Shown here: one piece after another, positions 38,896 through 48,229 of the stretch
How the letters are laid out: every line of letters begins with the position of its first letter
How positions within the stretch are numbered: the first letter of the stretch is position 1
Notes under the pieces: generated by a model
What the model was told of the DNA's origin: nothing
The model's input: the letters and a program-made list of their open reading frames with translations, nothing else
Databases searched by the model: none
Source of the DNA: Burkholderiales bacterium
GTDB lineage: Bacteria > Patescibacteriota > Minisyncoccia > Phycocordibacterales > UBA9973
Direction: 5' to 3'
Assembly: GCA_023701005.1 (NCBI GenBank)
Contig: JAMPXW010000002.1
Location: forward strand, 113,053 to 177,052
Length of the DNA stretch: 64,000 nt
Position numbers and translations under genes: made by a program

Positions 38896-40569
38896 TTAAA
38901 TAACTTCTTTCTGATAACACTTTTCACAATACATAATCGGAGCCACTTCCTCAGTCAAATTTGTATAACATACTTTATTACAATTTGAACAATTGCGATT
39001 AAAAAACTTAAATGAGCCCCTACGAACTATACGGCCTTTATGCCTACAATAAAAGCACCTTCTTGGTATTGGCAAAATCATTTTACGATAAAAAGTAAGC
39101 TCTTGCATAGTTATCTTATAATTGCGATCACATTCTATACACTTAAACACTTCATTCACAACCGAATCTTTTATATCTTTGATATGATCTGGAATTTCTT
39201 CCGGGCTCATTGTTTCTTTGCCTGTTGTCATCTGTATATCTTCTTCCCATCTAAAACCTTGTGCCAAGGCTTCTTCTTTGGTTAAAGGCATATTATCTTG
39301 CCCAACTGTTTCATTATAAGCAAAAGGTGATATTTCTGGAGACATTATTAATCCATACATATCATCTTTTATTAATTCATCTATTATTTTATTTTTTAAT
39401 CTTTCATATTCATCCTTTTCATATTCCTTATTTAAAATAGCATATTGTCCATCTTTTAATGCATCACAACCAATACAATCCTTACATCTTCTTAAATCGA
39501 AACTATTTAAAATATTACTACAATTCTCAGCCCAATATGACCCTATAATATTATTGGAATGTCCTGTAGCAACAACTTCCAGCAAGCATTCTGATTTTGT
39601 CCCAAAACCAATTGTACCTATAGAATCTTTAATTAATTTTGAAGAAAAAATATAACGACAATTTTCTGACATAGCTACTTCAAATGAATTATGAATATTC
39701 TTACACTCAGAAAGATAATCCCCCGTAGAATCCACCGTCTTTAAATTGTTATTCTCTTTTCGTGGAAGTGTTTTACAAAATTCTATAAATTTTTTCTTGG
39801 CTTCTTCCATCTTTTTATAACTTCCCTTTATTTCTTTTATTTTCTTTTGATATTCTTCCGCGCTTAATTGTTCATTAAAATAACAATTACTTTTATTACG
39901 CAAATTTACACAGCCAAAACAATTTGTAAGTCCACTGCCGTTTAGAATAAACATGGAATCTAAGCAATTACTTATATTTTGACCCCATAATACTCCTGAT
40001 GATTCTTGGGCATTTATACATTCATAACAACGCTCAAATTTTACTCCAAAATAGACATCTGAAGAATCAAGACCATATCTCATTCCTCTCGAATATAATA
40101 ATTCTTCAGCTGGACCTCCATTAAAAACAAGATAACAATTCTTGCAAGCACTAATCATATTTGTATATTCACTATTTATACTAACTCCTCCTCCAGAAGA
40201 TGTCCCTAAATTAATTTTGGGGACTTTGATTAAAAGCTCTTTAAATTGGTCTAAAAATGAACGTGATTCATCGTACTCCATGGCATAATCTTTTGCATTC
40301 CATTTATCAGAATAAAAACAATCATAACAATAAATCTTATAAGGAGATTTAGGATTATACATAGATATAACAGATTTATTACACATATGACATTTTCTTC
40401 CTGTATATAATGTAGTTTCATTTCTCCACATCGCACGCATCTTAAAACGACAATCTGGGCAAAAATTTGGAGGAGGAACCTTCATTTTTTCATAAAAAGA
40501 AAAATCATCTTGTTCTAAAACAAAATCATTTTTACATTTATTACATTTTTTTATTTCAGATTCTTTCAT
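38896..40569 (-). CDS. 557-aa cysteine-rich protein: homologous N- and C-terminal zinc-ribbon modules flanking a CxxC/NC-repeat core; embedded between murE and murD
   Basis: N-term 'CNKCKNDF...FYEKMKVPPPNFCPDCRFKMRAMWRNE...CHMCNK...YCYDCFY' and C-term 'CIECDRNY...FYRKMILPIPRRCFYCRHKGRIVRRGS...CSNCNK...YCEKCYQ'; 13-nt and 3-nt gaps to neighbours. Confidence 0.6.
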   Translation of the reverse strand: MKESEIKKCNKCKNDFVLEQDDFSFYEKMKVPPPNFCPDCRFKMRAMWRNETTLYTGRKCHMCNKSVISMYNPKSPYKIYCYDCFYSDKWNAKDYAMEYDESRSFLDQFKELLIKVPKINLGTSSGGGVSINSEYTNMISACKNCYLVFNGGPAEELLYSRGMRYGLDSSDVYFGVKFERCYECINAQESSGVLWGQNISNCLDSMFILNGSGLTNCFGCVNLRNKSNCYFNEQLSAEEYQKKIKEIKGSYKKMEEAKKKFIEFCKTLPRKENNNLKTVDSTGDYLSECKNIHNSFEVAMSENCRYIFSSKLIKDSIGTIGFGTKSECLLEVVATGHSNNIIGSYWAENCSNILNSFDLRRCKDCIGCDALKDGQYAILNKEYEKDEYERLKNKIIDELIKDDMYGLIMSPEISPFAYNETVGQDNMPLTKEEALAQGFRWEEDIQMTTGKETMSPEEIPDHIKDIKDSVVNEVFKCIECDRNYKITMQELTFYRKMILPIPRRCFYCRHKGRIVRRGSFKFFNRNCSNCNKVCYTNLTEEVAPIMYCEKCYQKEVI

Positions 40570-40582
40570 TCGAAATTCGTAA

Positions 40583-41842
40583 TTATTTCAATACTTTCTT
40601 ATATTCCTCTATATCATCAAAATGATTTTTTACCCCTTTTATTTCTTGATAATCTTCATGACCTTTCCCAGCACAAAGAACAATATCACCACTCTTTGCT
40701 AATTTTACAGATTCTTCTATAGCTAGACGACGATCTACTATCGTAATTACTTTATTATTTTCTTCATGCGTCAAATCATCTTTCATATTTTCTATAATTT
40801 TTTCAGGATCTTCTCCTCTTGGATTGTCTGAAGTAAATATCGCAATATCAGATAAGCTCGCCCCGATCTTCCCCATTTTAGGGCGTTTTATAGGATCACG
40901 ATCTCCTCCACAACCAAACACAGATATGACCCTACTACCTTCTTTTTTTATTTCTTTTATCGTAGACAAAACATTTTCTAATGCATCGGGTGTATGAGCA
41001 TAATCTACAACAACAAGTACCCCATCTTTAGACATAAAATGTTCAAACCTGCCCTTGGGTGGCATTATGTTTTCTAAGCTCTTGTTTACATTTTCAGTAT
41101 CAAAATTTAAAAGTTTACAAACACTCCATACTGCCAATAAATTGTAAGCATTAAATTTTCCTAAAAGTTTCGTGTTTATAATTCTATTTTCTGGCATATT
41201 TTTCTGATGAAATTCTAAGCCAAGACCAGAAAAATCAGACCTTTTTATTTCTCCAAAGAAATCAGAAAAAAGAGCACGATTACCATATCTATAAAAATAA
41301 TTTTTTGCTTTTATTCCATCCAAGATTATTTCTCCATGATCGTCGTCTATGTTTGATAAAGCAAAAGCATCTTTCTGCAACATTTCAAAAAATTTCTTTT
41401 TAGCTTTAAAATAATTTTGTAAATCTTTATGATAATCTAAATGATCGTGTGTAAGATTTGTAAATACTCCTCCTGTAAATCTGACACCAGCAACCCTATT
41501 TTGATCTAAAGCATGAGAAGAAACTTCCATAAAAACATATTCACAATCTGCATCTACCATCTTTTTAAAAAGTTTAGTTAGAGATACAGAATCAGGAGTA
41601 GTGCTAGGAGCCTTATCATCATGTGGCAAAACATCAAAACCTATAATATTTTCTACTGTACTAATGAGCCCAGCCTTATGACCCAAGTCTGTGGCGACTT
41701 TATAAAGCAATGTAGCTGTCGTCGTCTTGCCGTTTGTGCCCGTCACTCCTATTATTTTTAATTTCTTAGATGGATTACCATAATAATATCTAACTACAAA
41801 TGATTTCACTCTCCACCAAATCTTTTTAAAAACTTTTTTCAT
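40583..41842 (-). CDS. murE: UDP-N-acetylmuramoyl-tripeptide ligase MurE (short form)
   Basis: 'IGVTGTNGKTTTATLL' P-loop, MurE-specific 'DNPR' motif ('FTSDNPRGEDP'). Confidence 0.8.
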   Translation of the reverse strand: MKKVFKKIWWRVKSFVVRYYYGNPSKKLKIIGVTGTNGKTTTATLLYKVATDLGHKAGLISTVENIIGFDVLPHDDKAPSTTPDSVSLTKLFKKMVDADCEYVFMEVSSHALDQNRVAGVRFTGGVFTNLTHDHLDYHKDLQNYFKAKKKFFEMLQKDAFALSNIDDDHGEIILDGIKAKNYFYRYGNRALFSDFFGEIKRSDFSGLGLEFHQKNMPENRIINTKLLGKFNAYNLLAVWSVCKLLNFDTENVNKSLENIMPPKGRFEHFMSKDGVLVVVDYAHTPDALENVLSTIKEIKKEGSRVISVFGCGGDRDPIKRPKMGKIGASLSDIAIFTSDNPRGEDPEKIIENMKDDLTHEENNKVITIVDRRLAIEESVKLAKSGDIVLCAGKGHEDYQEIKGVKNHFDDIEEYKKVLK

Positions 41843-41843
41843 A

Positions 41844-42101
41844 TTATTTTTTTCTTGGTTTTATTAAAATTTTTTGATTAATTTTTTTAAATCTTTCAAC
41901 TTTTTTACCTTCTACTTTTATACTTTCCAAAAACATCTTCTTGGAACGAACCCAAGTAGCCCCATCTTCTAAATGAATATAAATAACGACTGGCTCCAAG
42001 CTTTCACTATCAAAAGCCTCGCCTAAAATTTTAACTTTAGTCCCCTTATAATGCTTATATATAGCACCAATTTCTAACTTTTTCATAGAATTATTATACA
42101 A
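41844..42101 (-). CDS. DUF1653-family small protein
   Basis: 'YKHYKGTKVKILGEAFDSESLEPVVIYIHLEDGATWVRSKKMF' matches DUF1653 pattern. Confidence 0.55.
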   Translation of the reverse strand: MYNNSMKKLEIGAIYKHYKGTKVKILGEAFDSESLEPVVIYIHLEDGATWVRSKKMFLESIKVEGKKVERFKKINQKILIKPRKK

Positions 42102-42594
42102 TACTTTGCCTCAATTCAGATACTTTAATATTAAATTCTTTTACTGAATCTCTAAAATTATTTTCAAAATCTTTTATTAATAAATCCTTAATTTCTAATG
42201 GATAAATTAACATATTTTCAATCTTTTCTAATTTAACCCATAATGGCTTATGAAAATCCTTACCAAGAGATAATTCGTCTTCTTCTTTCTCCTCAGAATC
42301 ATCCCCTAGCTTAGGCTCTCCAGATATATATTCACAAAGATAAAAATATTGTTCAGAATTATCATCATATTTATGTATATAAAGCAATTTTTTTATTTTT
42401 GCTTCAATTGTAGTCTCTTCTCTCAGCTCACGAAGTACAGCTTGTTCTATCGTTTCTTTATCTTCCATCTTTCCTCCTGGAAAATTAAAATATTCTTTCT
42501 CATTTTTTCGATACATCAAAAGAACCTCATCTCCTTTCATTACAATTGCCACTGCCCGTATCCTTTTCATAAATTTTATTTTTTCTTCTTCCAT
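42094..42594 (-). CDS. NUDIX hydrolase
   Basis: Nudix box 'GGKMEDKETIEQAVLRELREETTIE'. Confidence 0.75.
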   Translation of the reverse strand: MEEEKIKFMKRIRAVAIVMKGDEVLLMYRKNEKEYFNFPGGKMEDKETIEQAVLRELREETTIEAKIKKLLYIHKYDDNSEQYFYLCEYISGEPKLGDDSEEKEEDELSLGKDFHKPLWVKLEKIENMLIYPLEIKDLLIKDFENNFRDSVKEFNIKVSELRQSIV

Positions 42595-42959
42595 GCATGT
42601 GGTAATAATCTATCTGCTTTTATCATTTTTTTCTCAGAAATAATCACGTCAGCTTTTGGACAATAAGTCACATAAAGCTCTCTACATAATGCACATGGAG
42701 GATAAATTTCATAAGTTTTATCTTCATACTTTCTCACTGCTACCACCATTTCAATATCGCTATCTCCTTCTGAAAATGCTTGACCAATGGTTATCCATTC
42801 AGAACACAAATTAATTTTTTGAGCATTAATAGAAACACCCGTATATATTTTCCCTGACTTTGTTTTTACAGCACAACCCACTACCGATTGATTATTTTTG
42901 TATCTTTTATCAATTATCTTCTTGGCCTCTTTAATCAAACCCTGCATATCTTTTTTCAT
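42576..42959 (-). CDS. cytidine/deoxycytidine deaminase family protein
   Basis: 'VGCAVKTKSGKIYTGVSIN...LCSEW...PCALCRELY' zinc-ligand pattern of tetrameric Cdd. Confidence 0.6.
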   Translation of the reverse strand: MKKDMQGLIKEAKKIIDKRYKNNQSVVGCAVKTKSGKIYTGVSINAQKINLCSEWITIGQAFSEGDSDIEMVVAVRKYEDKTYEIYPPCALCRELYVTYCPKADVIISEKKMIKADRLLPHAWKKKK

Positions 42960-42972
42960 AATTTTAATTATA

Positions 42973-43377
42973 TTATTTTCCTAATATAACTTTATCAAAA
43001 GCTTCTTCTGCTTTTTCTTTATTAATACCAAATCTTTGTAAGTGATTTATAACCTTATGAACTTTTTTACAATTTCCACAAAAATTAGATGTTTCTCGTG
43101 GTAATCCAACAAATAAATAAATCTCTTGCCAGAATGCTTTTCTGTTCATAAATTTTCTAACAGAATTTTTTGTAATTCCCCAAATCTCTCCATCTATATT
43201 AAATCTCCAATAAAGCCATAACTGTAAAAAATGTAGCACATCTTCAAACTCTTCTTTAATACCTTCTCTGTTAAATTTTAAAATCTCAACAATTAACTCC
43301 TGAACCTCACAAAGAAATTCTCGAAAAGTAATTCTTTCTCCGTTGGAATATTCTTTTAAATAATCACTGACTTTCAT
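42973..43377 (-). CDS. hypothetical protein, possibly all-alpha NTP pyrophosphohydrolase (MazG-like)
   Basis: 'GIKEEFEDVLHFLQLW' EExxD-like motif; weak. Confidence 0.3.
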   Translation of the reverse strand: MKVSDYLKEYSNGERITFREFLCEVQELIVEILKFNREGIKEEFEDVLHFLQLWLYWRFNIDGEIWGITKNSVRKFMNRKAFWQEIYLFVGLPRETSNFCGNCKKVHKVINHLQRFGINKEKAEEAFDKVILGK

Positions 43378-43384
43378 ATTTTAA

Positions 43385-43795
43385 TTATATCACTTTATTT
43401 TCTATGTATTTTTGTAAAAATTCAAAAGTCTTAGGCCAGATTCTTATATCTTTTCCCATTTCTTCTTTTGTAAACCAGCCAACATCGGCCAACTCTTCTT
43501 TGTTTACGTTCATATCAAAATTTAAAAGCTCGCATTCATACCACGATATAATATAATCTTTTACATCTCCCAAGCATTCTCCTACTTTTTCTCCTACTTT
43601 TATATCAAAATTCAATTCTTCTTTTATTTCTCTAACTAATGTTTGTATTTCTGTCTCTCCTTCTTCCATATGACCACCTGGTGGGTACCAACAACCAGTA
43701 AATTCACCAAAATCTTTTTGAGATTTCACTAGCAAATATTCTTCCTGTTTATCCTCTCTTTTTCGTGAAATTATAGCGACAACTACATGTATCAT
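43385..43795 (-). CDS. NUDIX hydrolase
   Basis: Nudix box 'GGHMEEGETEIQTLVREIKEELNFDI'. Confidence 0.75.
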   Translation of the reverse strand: MIHVVVAIISRKREDKQEEYLLVKSQKDFGEFTGCWYPPGGHMEEGETEIQTLVREIKEELNFDIKVGEKVGECLGDVKDYIISWYECELLNFDMNVNKEELADVGWFTKEEMGKDIRIWPKTFEFLQKYIENKVI

Positions 43796-43801
43796 ATAAT
43801 T

Positions 43802-44185
43802 TTAAATTCCTTTTTTTCTATGTTCTTTTTTAATTCTCCAATACTCACTTTCAGTGCCTGGACCACCTTTTCCTATACGCATCAATTTAGCTGGATATTT
43901 TTTATCTACTCGAGCTAATTTCTTACGAATAATTTTTTCTGTATCAAGATTCAATAGAACAGACATTTCAATAGAATAAATAAGAACATCAGCAAGTTCA
44001 TTTTTAATTTCTTCTATTTTTTCCTTATTCTTTTTTATTTCTTCAAGTGAAAGATTTTCCCATTGGAAAAGCTCCAAAAGTTCTGCTCCTTCTATCATAA
44101 TCGATTTTGCTACATCAGAAGGACGCAAATTATGCCAATTTCTTTCTTTTAAATGCTTATAAATTTTCTTTTCCAATTCTTTCAT
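43802..44185 (-). CDS. MazG-like nucleotide pyrophosphohydrolase
   Basis: 'RNWHNLRPSDVAKSIMIEGAELLELFQW...ELADVLIYSIEM...KKYP' matches MazG-like NTP-PPase family. Confidence 0.65.
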   Translation of the reverse strand: MKELEKKIYKHLKERNWHNLRPSDVAKSIMIEGAELLELFQWENLSLEEIKKNKEKIEEIKNELADVLIYSIEMSVLLNLDTEKIIRKKLARVDKKYPAKLMRIGKGGPGTESEYWRIKKEHRKKGI

Positions 44186-44259
44186 ATTTTAAAGATTCCT
44201 TAACCTATCATATGTGAGATATTAAGCTTTTTAATTATGTCAAAGACGGTCTTTGACAT

Positions 44260-46746
44260 TTATGCCCCGTGGCATTTTTTGTATTTTTTACCACTACCAC
44301 AAGGACAAGGGTCATTTCTACCAACTGCATTTTTATCTGCATCTCCTTTCCCTTCTTCTTTAAATTCTCCGATCTCTTTGTGAGTTGTGACTAAGGTTTG
44401 TTTTGGCTCATTTACTTCAGTAGTTATATTTATTTTACTTTCTGTATTTATCGTCTCAACAAGAGAAAGAACTTGATCTTTAAAAGATTCTTCCATTTCT
44501 TTAAACATAAATAAACCTTCTTTTTTGTATTCTACGATAGGCTCTCTTTGCCCATAAGCTCTCAAATTAACAGAGCTACGTAGATAATCCATGGCTTCTA
44601 TGTGTTCCATCCATAATGTATCTGTAGTATAAAGTGATATTCTTCTAACAGTTTCAAAGAATGCTTCATCTCCCAATTTCAATCTTTTATCCTCAATAAT
44701 TTCTTCTAACTTTTCTCTATTTTCTTTACCTTCAACTATTTGTTCTAAAAGATTTTTAATCTCCTCTTTATCAGAACGCATCATTTTTTGTCTTCTTTCA
44801 TAAATAACTTTACGTTGATGATTCATAACATCATCATATTCAAGAGTGTTCTTACGAGCATCAAAGTGAAAACCTTCTATTTTAGCTTGAGCGTTTTCAA
44901 GAGATCTACTTATAAAACCATTTTCAATAGGCATATCTTCTGGAATACCAAAACGTCCCATCATTGTCTTTATTCTCTCTGAACCGAAAACACGCATCAA
45001 ATCATCTTCGAGAGATACATAAAATTGTGTTTCTCCTGGATCTCCTTGTCTACCCGAACGACCTCGAAGCTGATTGTCTATTCTTCTAGCTTCATGACGT
45101 TCAGTACCCAACACAAATAACCCTCCTGCATTTTTAACAAATTCATACTCTTCTGGAACTAAAGGATTCCCTCCAAGCTTGATATCGATTCCACGGCCCG
45201 CCATGTTTGTGGCTATAGTGACTGCACCCCTTTTACCAGCTTGAGCAATTATTTCTCCTTCTTTCTCATGATTTTTAGCATTTAAAATAACATGATGAAC
45301 TCCTTCTTGTTTTAAATAAACAGAAAGTAATTCATTTTTCTCTATCGAAATAGTACCTATTAAAACTGGTTGCCCTTTTTCATTTAATTCTTTAACCTTC
45401 TTAGCGATGGCTTGGAATTTACCTTTCTCAGTTTGGAAAATCAAATCTGGATGATCTTTTCTAACTACAGGACGATTGGTAGGAATGACGATAACATCTA
45501 AATTGTAAACTTTCAAAAATTCTTCTGCTGAAGTTTCAGCCGTACCTGTCATACCTGACAACTTTTTATAAAATCTAAAATAATTCTGGAAAGTAATAGA
45601 ACCAGAAGAACGAGTTTCTTTTTCTATCTTCACACCTTCTTTGGCTTCAATAGCTTGGTGAATACCTTCAGACCATCTACGTCCTGGTTGCAATCTGCCT
45701 GTAAAAGGATCAACGATTATGACTTCTCCTTCTTTCACAACATAATCTCTATCTTTTTCAAAAATAGCTTGCGCTTTTACAGCTGTTTCTAAATGATGTA
45801 CATACTTTATACCTTTTTCTGTATATATATTTTGTATACCTAATAAATTTTCGGCTTTTGTTATTCCTTCATCTGTAAGAGTAATTGCTTTTAATTTTTC
45901 ATCTACTAAATAATCCGTATCTTTCTTTAATTGTTTTGCAATTTGATAAAACTTAACATAAAAATCTTCTGAATCACCAGAAGCTGAAGAAATGATAAGT
46001 GGAGTACGAGCTTCATCTATCAATATAGAGTCTACTTCGTCGACTATAGCAAAATTGTGTTCTCTTTGAACTAAATCATTTAAAGAAGTGGAAAGATTAT
46101 CTCTCAGATAATCAAAACCATATTCATGATTTGTACCATAAGTGATATCAGCATTGTAAGCTTCACGACGAGTGGATGGTTTCAAAAAATCATAAACAAT
46201 TTTAAATTCTCCTATCCTGTCTCTTTCCTTATCTTCTTCTACATGAGAAGCATCATACAGATAAGAAACATTTTGAGAATTGATGACCCCGACAGTTAAT
46301 CCTAAAAAATTATATATTTGACCCATGCGAACAGCATCTCTTCTGGCAAGATAATCATTCACAGTAATAACGTGCACACCTTTACTTGATAACGCATTCA
46401 AATACACAGCTGGAGTAGCAACGTTTGTCTTACCTTCTCCTGTTTTCATTTCTGCAATTTTACCTCCATGCAACGCTAAAGCTCCTATAAGCTGTACATC
46501 ATAAAGTCTTTCATTTAGACATCTCTTACCAGCCTCACGAACTAGAGCAAAAGCTTCAGGCAATACATCATCCAGACTCTCTCCTTTTTCTAATCTATCT
46601 TTAAATTCTTTAGTCTTTTTAGGGAAATCTGCATCACTTAATTTAGAGATATCTTTTTCGAAATTATTAATGATTATAACGGTTTTTTCTGCGTCTTTTA
46701 TAAATTTAGAGCTCGTATCTCCAAATATCTTATTAAATAAATTCAT
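44260..46746 (-). CDS. secA: preprotein translocase ATPase SecA
   Basis: 828 aa; DEAD-like motor motifs, C-terminal zinc finger 'CPCGSGKKYKKCHG'. Confidence 0.9.
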   Translation of the reverse strand: MNLFNKIFGDTSSKFIKDAEKTVIIINNFEKDISKLSDADFPKKTKEFKDRLEKGESLDDVLPEAFALVREAGKRCLNERLYDVQLIGALALHGGKIAEMKTGEGKTNVATPAVYLNALSSKGVHVITVNDYLARRDAVRMGQIYNFLGLTVGVINSQNVSYLYDASHVEEDKERDRIGEFKIVYDFLKPSTRREAYNADITYGTNHEYGFDYLRDNLSTSLNDLVQREHNFAIVDEVDSILIDEARTPLIISSASGDSEDFYVKFYQIAKQLKKDTDYLVDEKLKAITLTDEGITKAENLLGIQNIYTEKGIKYVHHLETAVKAQAIFEKDRDYVVKEGEVIIVDPFTGRLQPGRRWSEGIHQAIEAKEGVKIEKETRSSGSITFQNYFRFYKKLSGMTGTAETSAEEFLKVYNLDVIVIPTNRPVVRKDHPDLIFQTEKGKFQAIAKKVKELNEKGQPVLIGTISIEKNELLSVYLKQEGVHHVILNAKNHEKEGEIIAQAGKRGAVTIATNMAGRGIDIKLGGNPLVPEEYEFVKNAGGLFVLGTERHEARRIDNQLRGRSGRQGDPGETQFYVSLEDDLMRVFGSERIKTMMGRFGIPEDMPIENGFISRSLENAQAKIEGFHFDARKNTLEYDDVMNHQRKVIYERRQKMMRSDKEEIKNLLEQIVEGKENREKLEEIIEDKRLKLGDEAFFETVRRISLYTTDTLWMEHIEAMDYLRSSVNLRAYGQREPIVEYKKEGLFMFKEMEESFKDQVLSLVETINTESKINITTEVNEPKQTLVTTHKEIGEFKEEGKGDADKNAVGRNDPCPCGSGKKYKKCHGA

Positions 46747-46768
46747 TATTATATATTAACACATAAGG

Positions 46769-46801
46769 CTAAAACTAAAAAATCCCGCCATAGGCGGGAT
46801 G
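46769..46801 (-). terminator. rho-independent terminator ATCCCGCC-ATAG-GCGGGAT + U-run (minus strand)
   Basis: immediately downstream of the Lys-rich micro-ORF, just upstream of secA start. Confidence 0.65.
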
Positions 46802-46821
46802 TTTTAGAAGTAGGAAAAAGA

Positions 46822-46893
46822 TTATGCTCGCTTCTTTGTTGTCTTTTTTGCTGCCTTCTTTACTACTTTCTTTGCTTTCTTTTTTGCTGCCAT
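46822..46893 (-). CDS. 23-aa Lys/Ala-rich micro-ORF (MAAKKKAKKVVKKAAKKTTKKRA)
   Basis: ATG...TAA intact, followed 20 nt later by a terminator; not in ORF track. Confidence 0.25.
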   Translation of the reverse strand: MAAKKKAKKVVKKAAKKTTKKRA

Positions 46894-47237
46894 TTTTTTA
46901 GTCGCTTACGCGAAATTATTTTTTTAATTTAGTTTGCAATAATACGACCTCAAAATATTTTTCAAATAAAAAATAAAAGAAAAATATTTTTAAATAATTA
47001 CTGCGGAACATATTAATTATCTCGCATAATAAAAAAGAACACAAGATTTTTTTATAAAAAACTGTGGATAACTCCAAAATTTTTTATTTATGAAATAAAT
47101 TTCAAAAAAATATTTTTCAAATGAAAATAAAAAAATTGTTTTCATTTGAAGCGGGTGATGGCTAAACTCCAACATATGTGCCTATGTGAGTGCGACCACC
47201 CGCTACAGATAAAAACAATTTAGTATAAGTAATTATA

Positions 47238-48176
47238 TCACAATACCTTTTTATTTAAAGCTCTTTCTAGAATATGGTGAAAAACATGTTCTATTTTTGC
47301 ACCAACCATTTCACAAGATTGTCGCAAGTGCGACTCTTCTCTCGGGTCAGGTAATGAATCAATGCTTAAAAGAAAATAACCTCTTTTAGAATGTAAAACA
47401 AAATCTGATTTTAAATAATTATCTATTCCTAAATGATTGTGTAAGCTTTTCACTAAAGAAAATAATTCTTCTTTTTCTTTTTGTAAAAAATCTTTATGTG
47501 TATTAACTAAAGGAAAAGTATATATATCTTCTCCGCGAAACCCTGGTACAGAATGCACAGAAGCAATCTTTCCTGAAATAAATTCTTCTATCAAAATACT
47601 TTTTTTATGAGCCACACCATCTCTAATAGATTCTACTAATTCTGGAAAGGTCTTTGCCAGATGTATACCCATATTCTTATCTTCTGTAAAAGATTTAACT
47701 ATCCATGGAGCTCCAAATTTATTTAATACTTCCGTTGCCTTTTTGACGACATATTCTGCTTCTTTACCATCAAAATCTTTTTGATATAAAGGCAAAAGAA
47801 TCGATCTAGGTATTTTAATACCTGTCCCTTTCATATGCTTATCTAGCATATCTGTATTATTTTCTAAAGTTTTCAAAAAAGATCCATTATTTATACTAGG
47901 TAAAGACAAATGATTTACTGTAGAAGATAATGCTGGATTTTTAGATGTATTCCATACAATATCAACTTTATTAATCAAATCCATTGGATTAATCAAAATA
48001 CCATTTATATGCCAATTATTTTTTTTATCAACAAAAATATCTACATGTTTATATTTTTCTGATAGATTTTCAAAAATATGTGAAATTATATCTCCACCTT
48101 TACGTAAAGAAATGAAATGGTGTTCCCCTTCTCCACCACGTAATATTCCGACTCGTATTTTGTTTTCTTTTTCCAT
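47238..48176 (-). CDS. ddl: D-alanine--D-alanine ligase
   Basis: 'KIRVGILRGGEGEHHFISLRKG' Ddl N-terminus; ATP-grasp core; 312 aa. Confidence 0.7.
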   Translation of the reverse strand: MEKENKIRVGILRGGEGEHHFISLRKGGDIISHIFENLSEKYKHVDIFVDKKNNWHINGILINPMDLINKVDIVWNTSKNPALSSTVNHLSLPSINNGSFLKTLENNTDMLDKHMKGTGIKIPRSILLPLYQKDFDGKEAEYVVKKATEVLNKFGAPWIVKSFTEDKNMGIHLAKTFPELVESIRDGVAHKKSILIEEFISGKIASVHSVPGFRGEDIYTFPLVNTHKDFLQKEKEELFSLVKSLHNHLGIDNYLKSDFVLHSKRGYFLLSIDSLPDPREESHLRQSCEMVGAKIEHVFHHILERALNKKVL

Positions 48177-48229
48177 ACTTAGATTATATCTTTTTTAAGA
48201 TAAGTTTTCTATAAAAATCAAAACAAATA

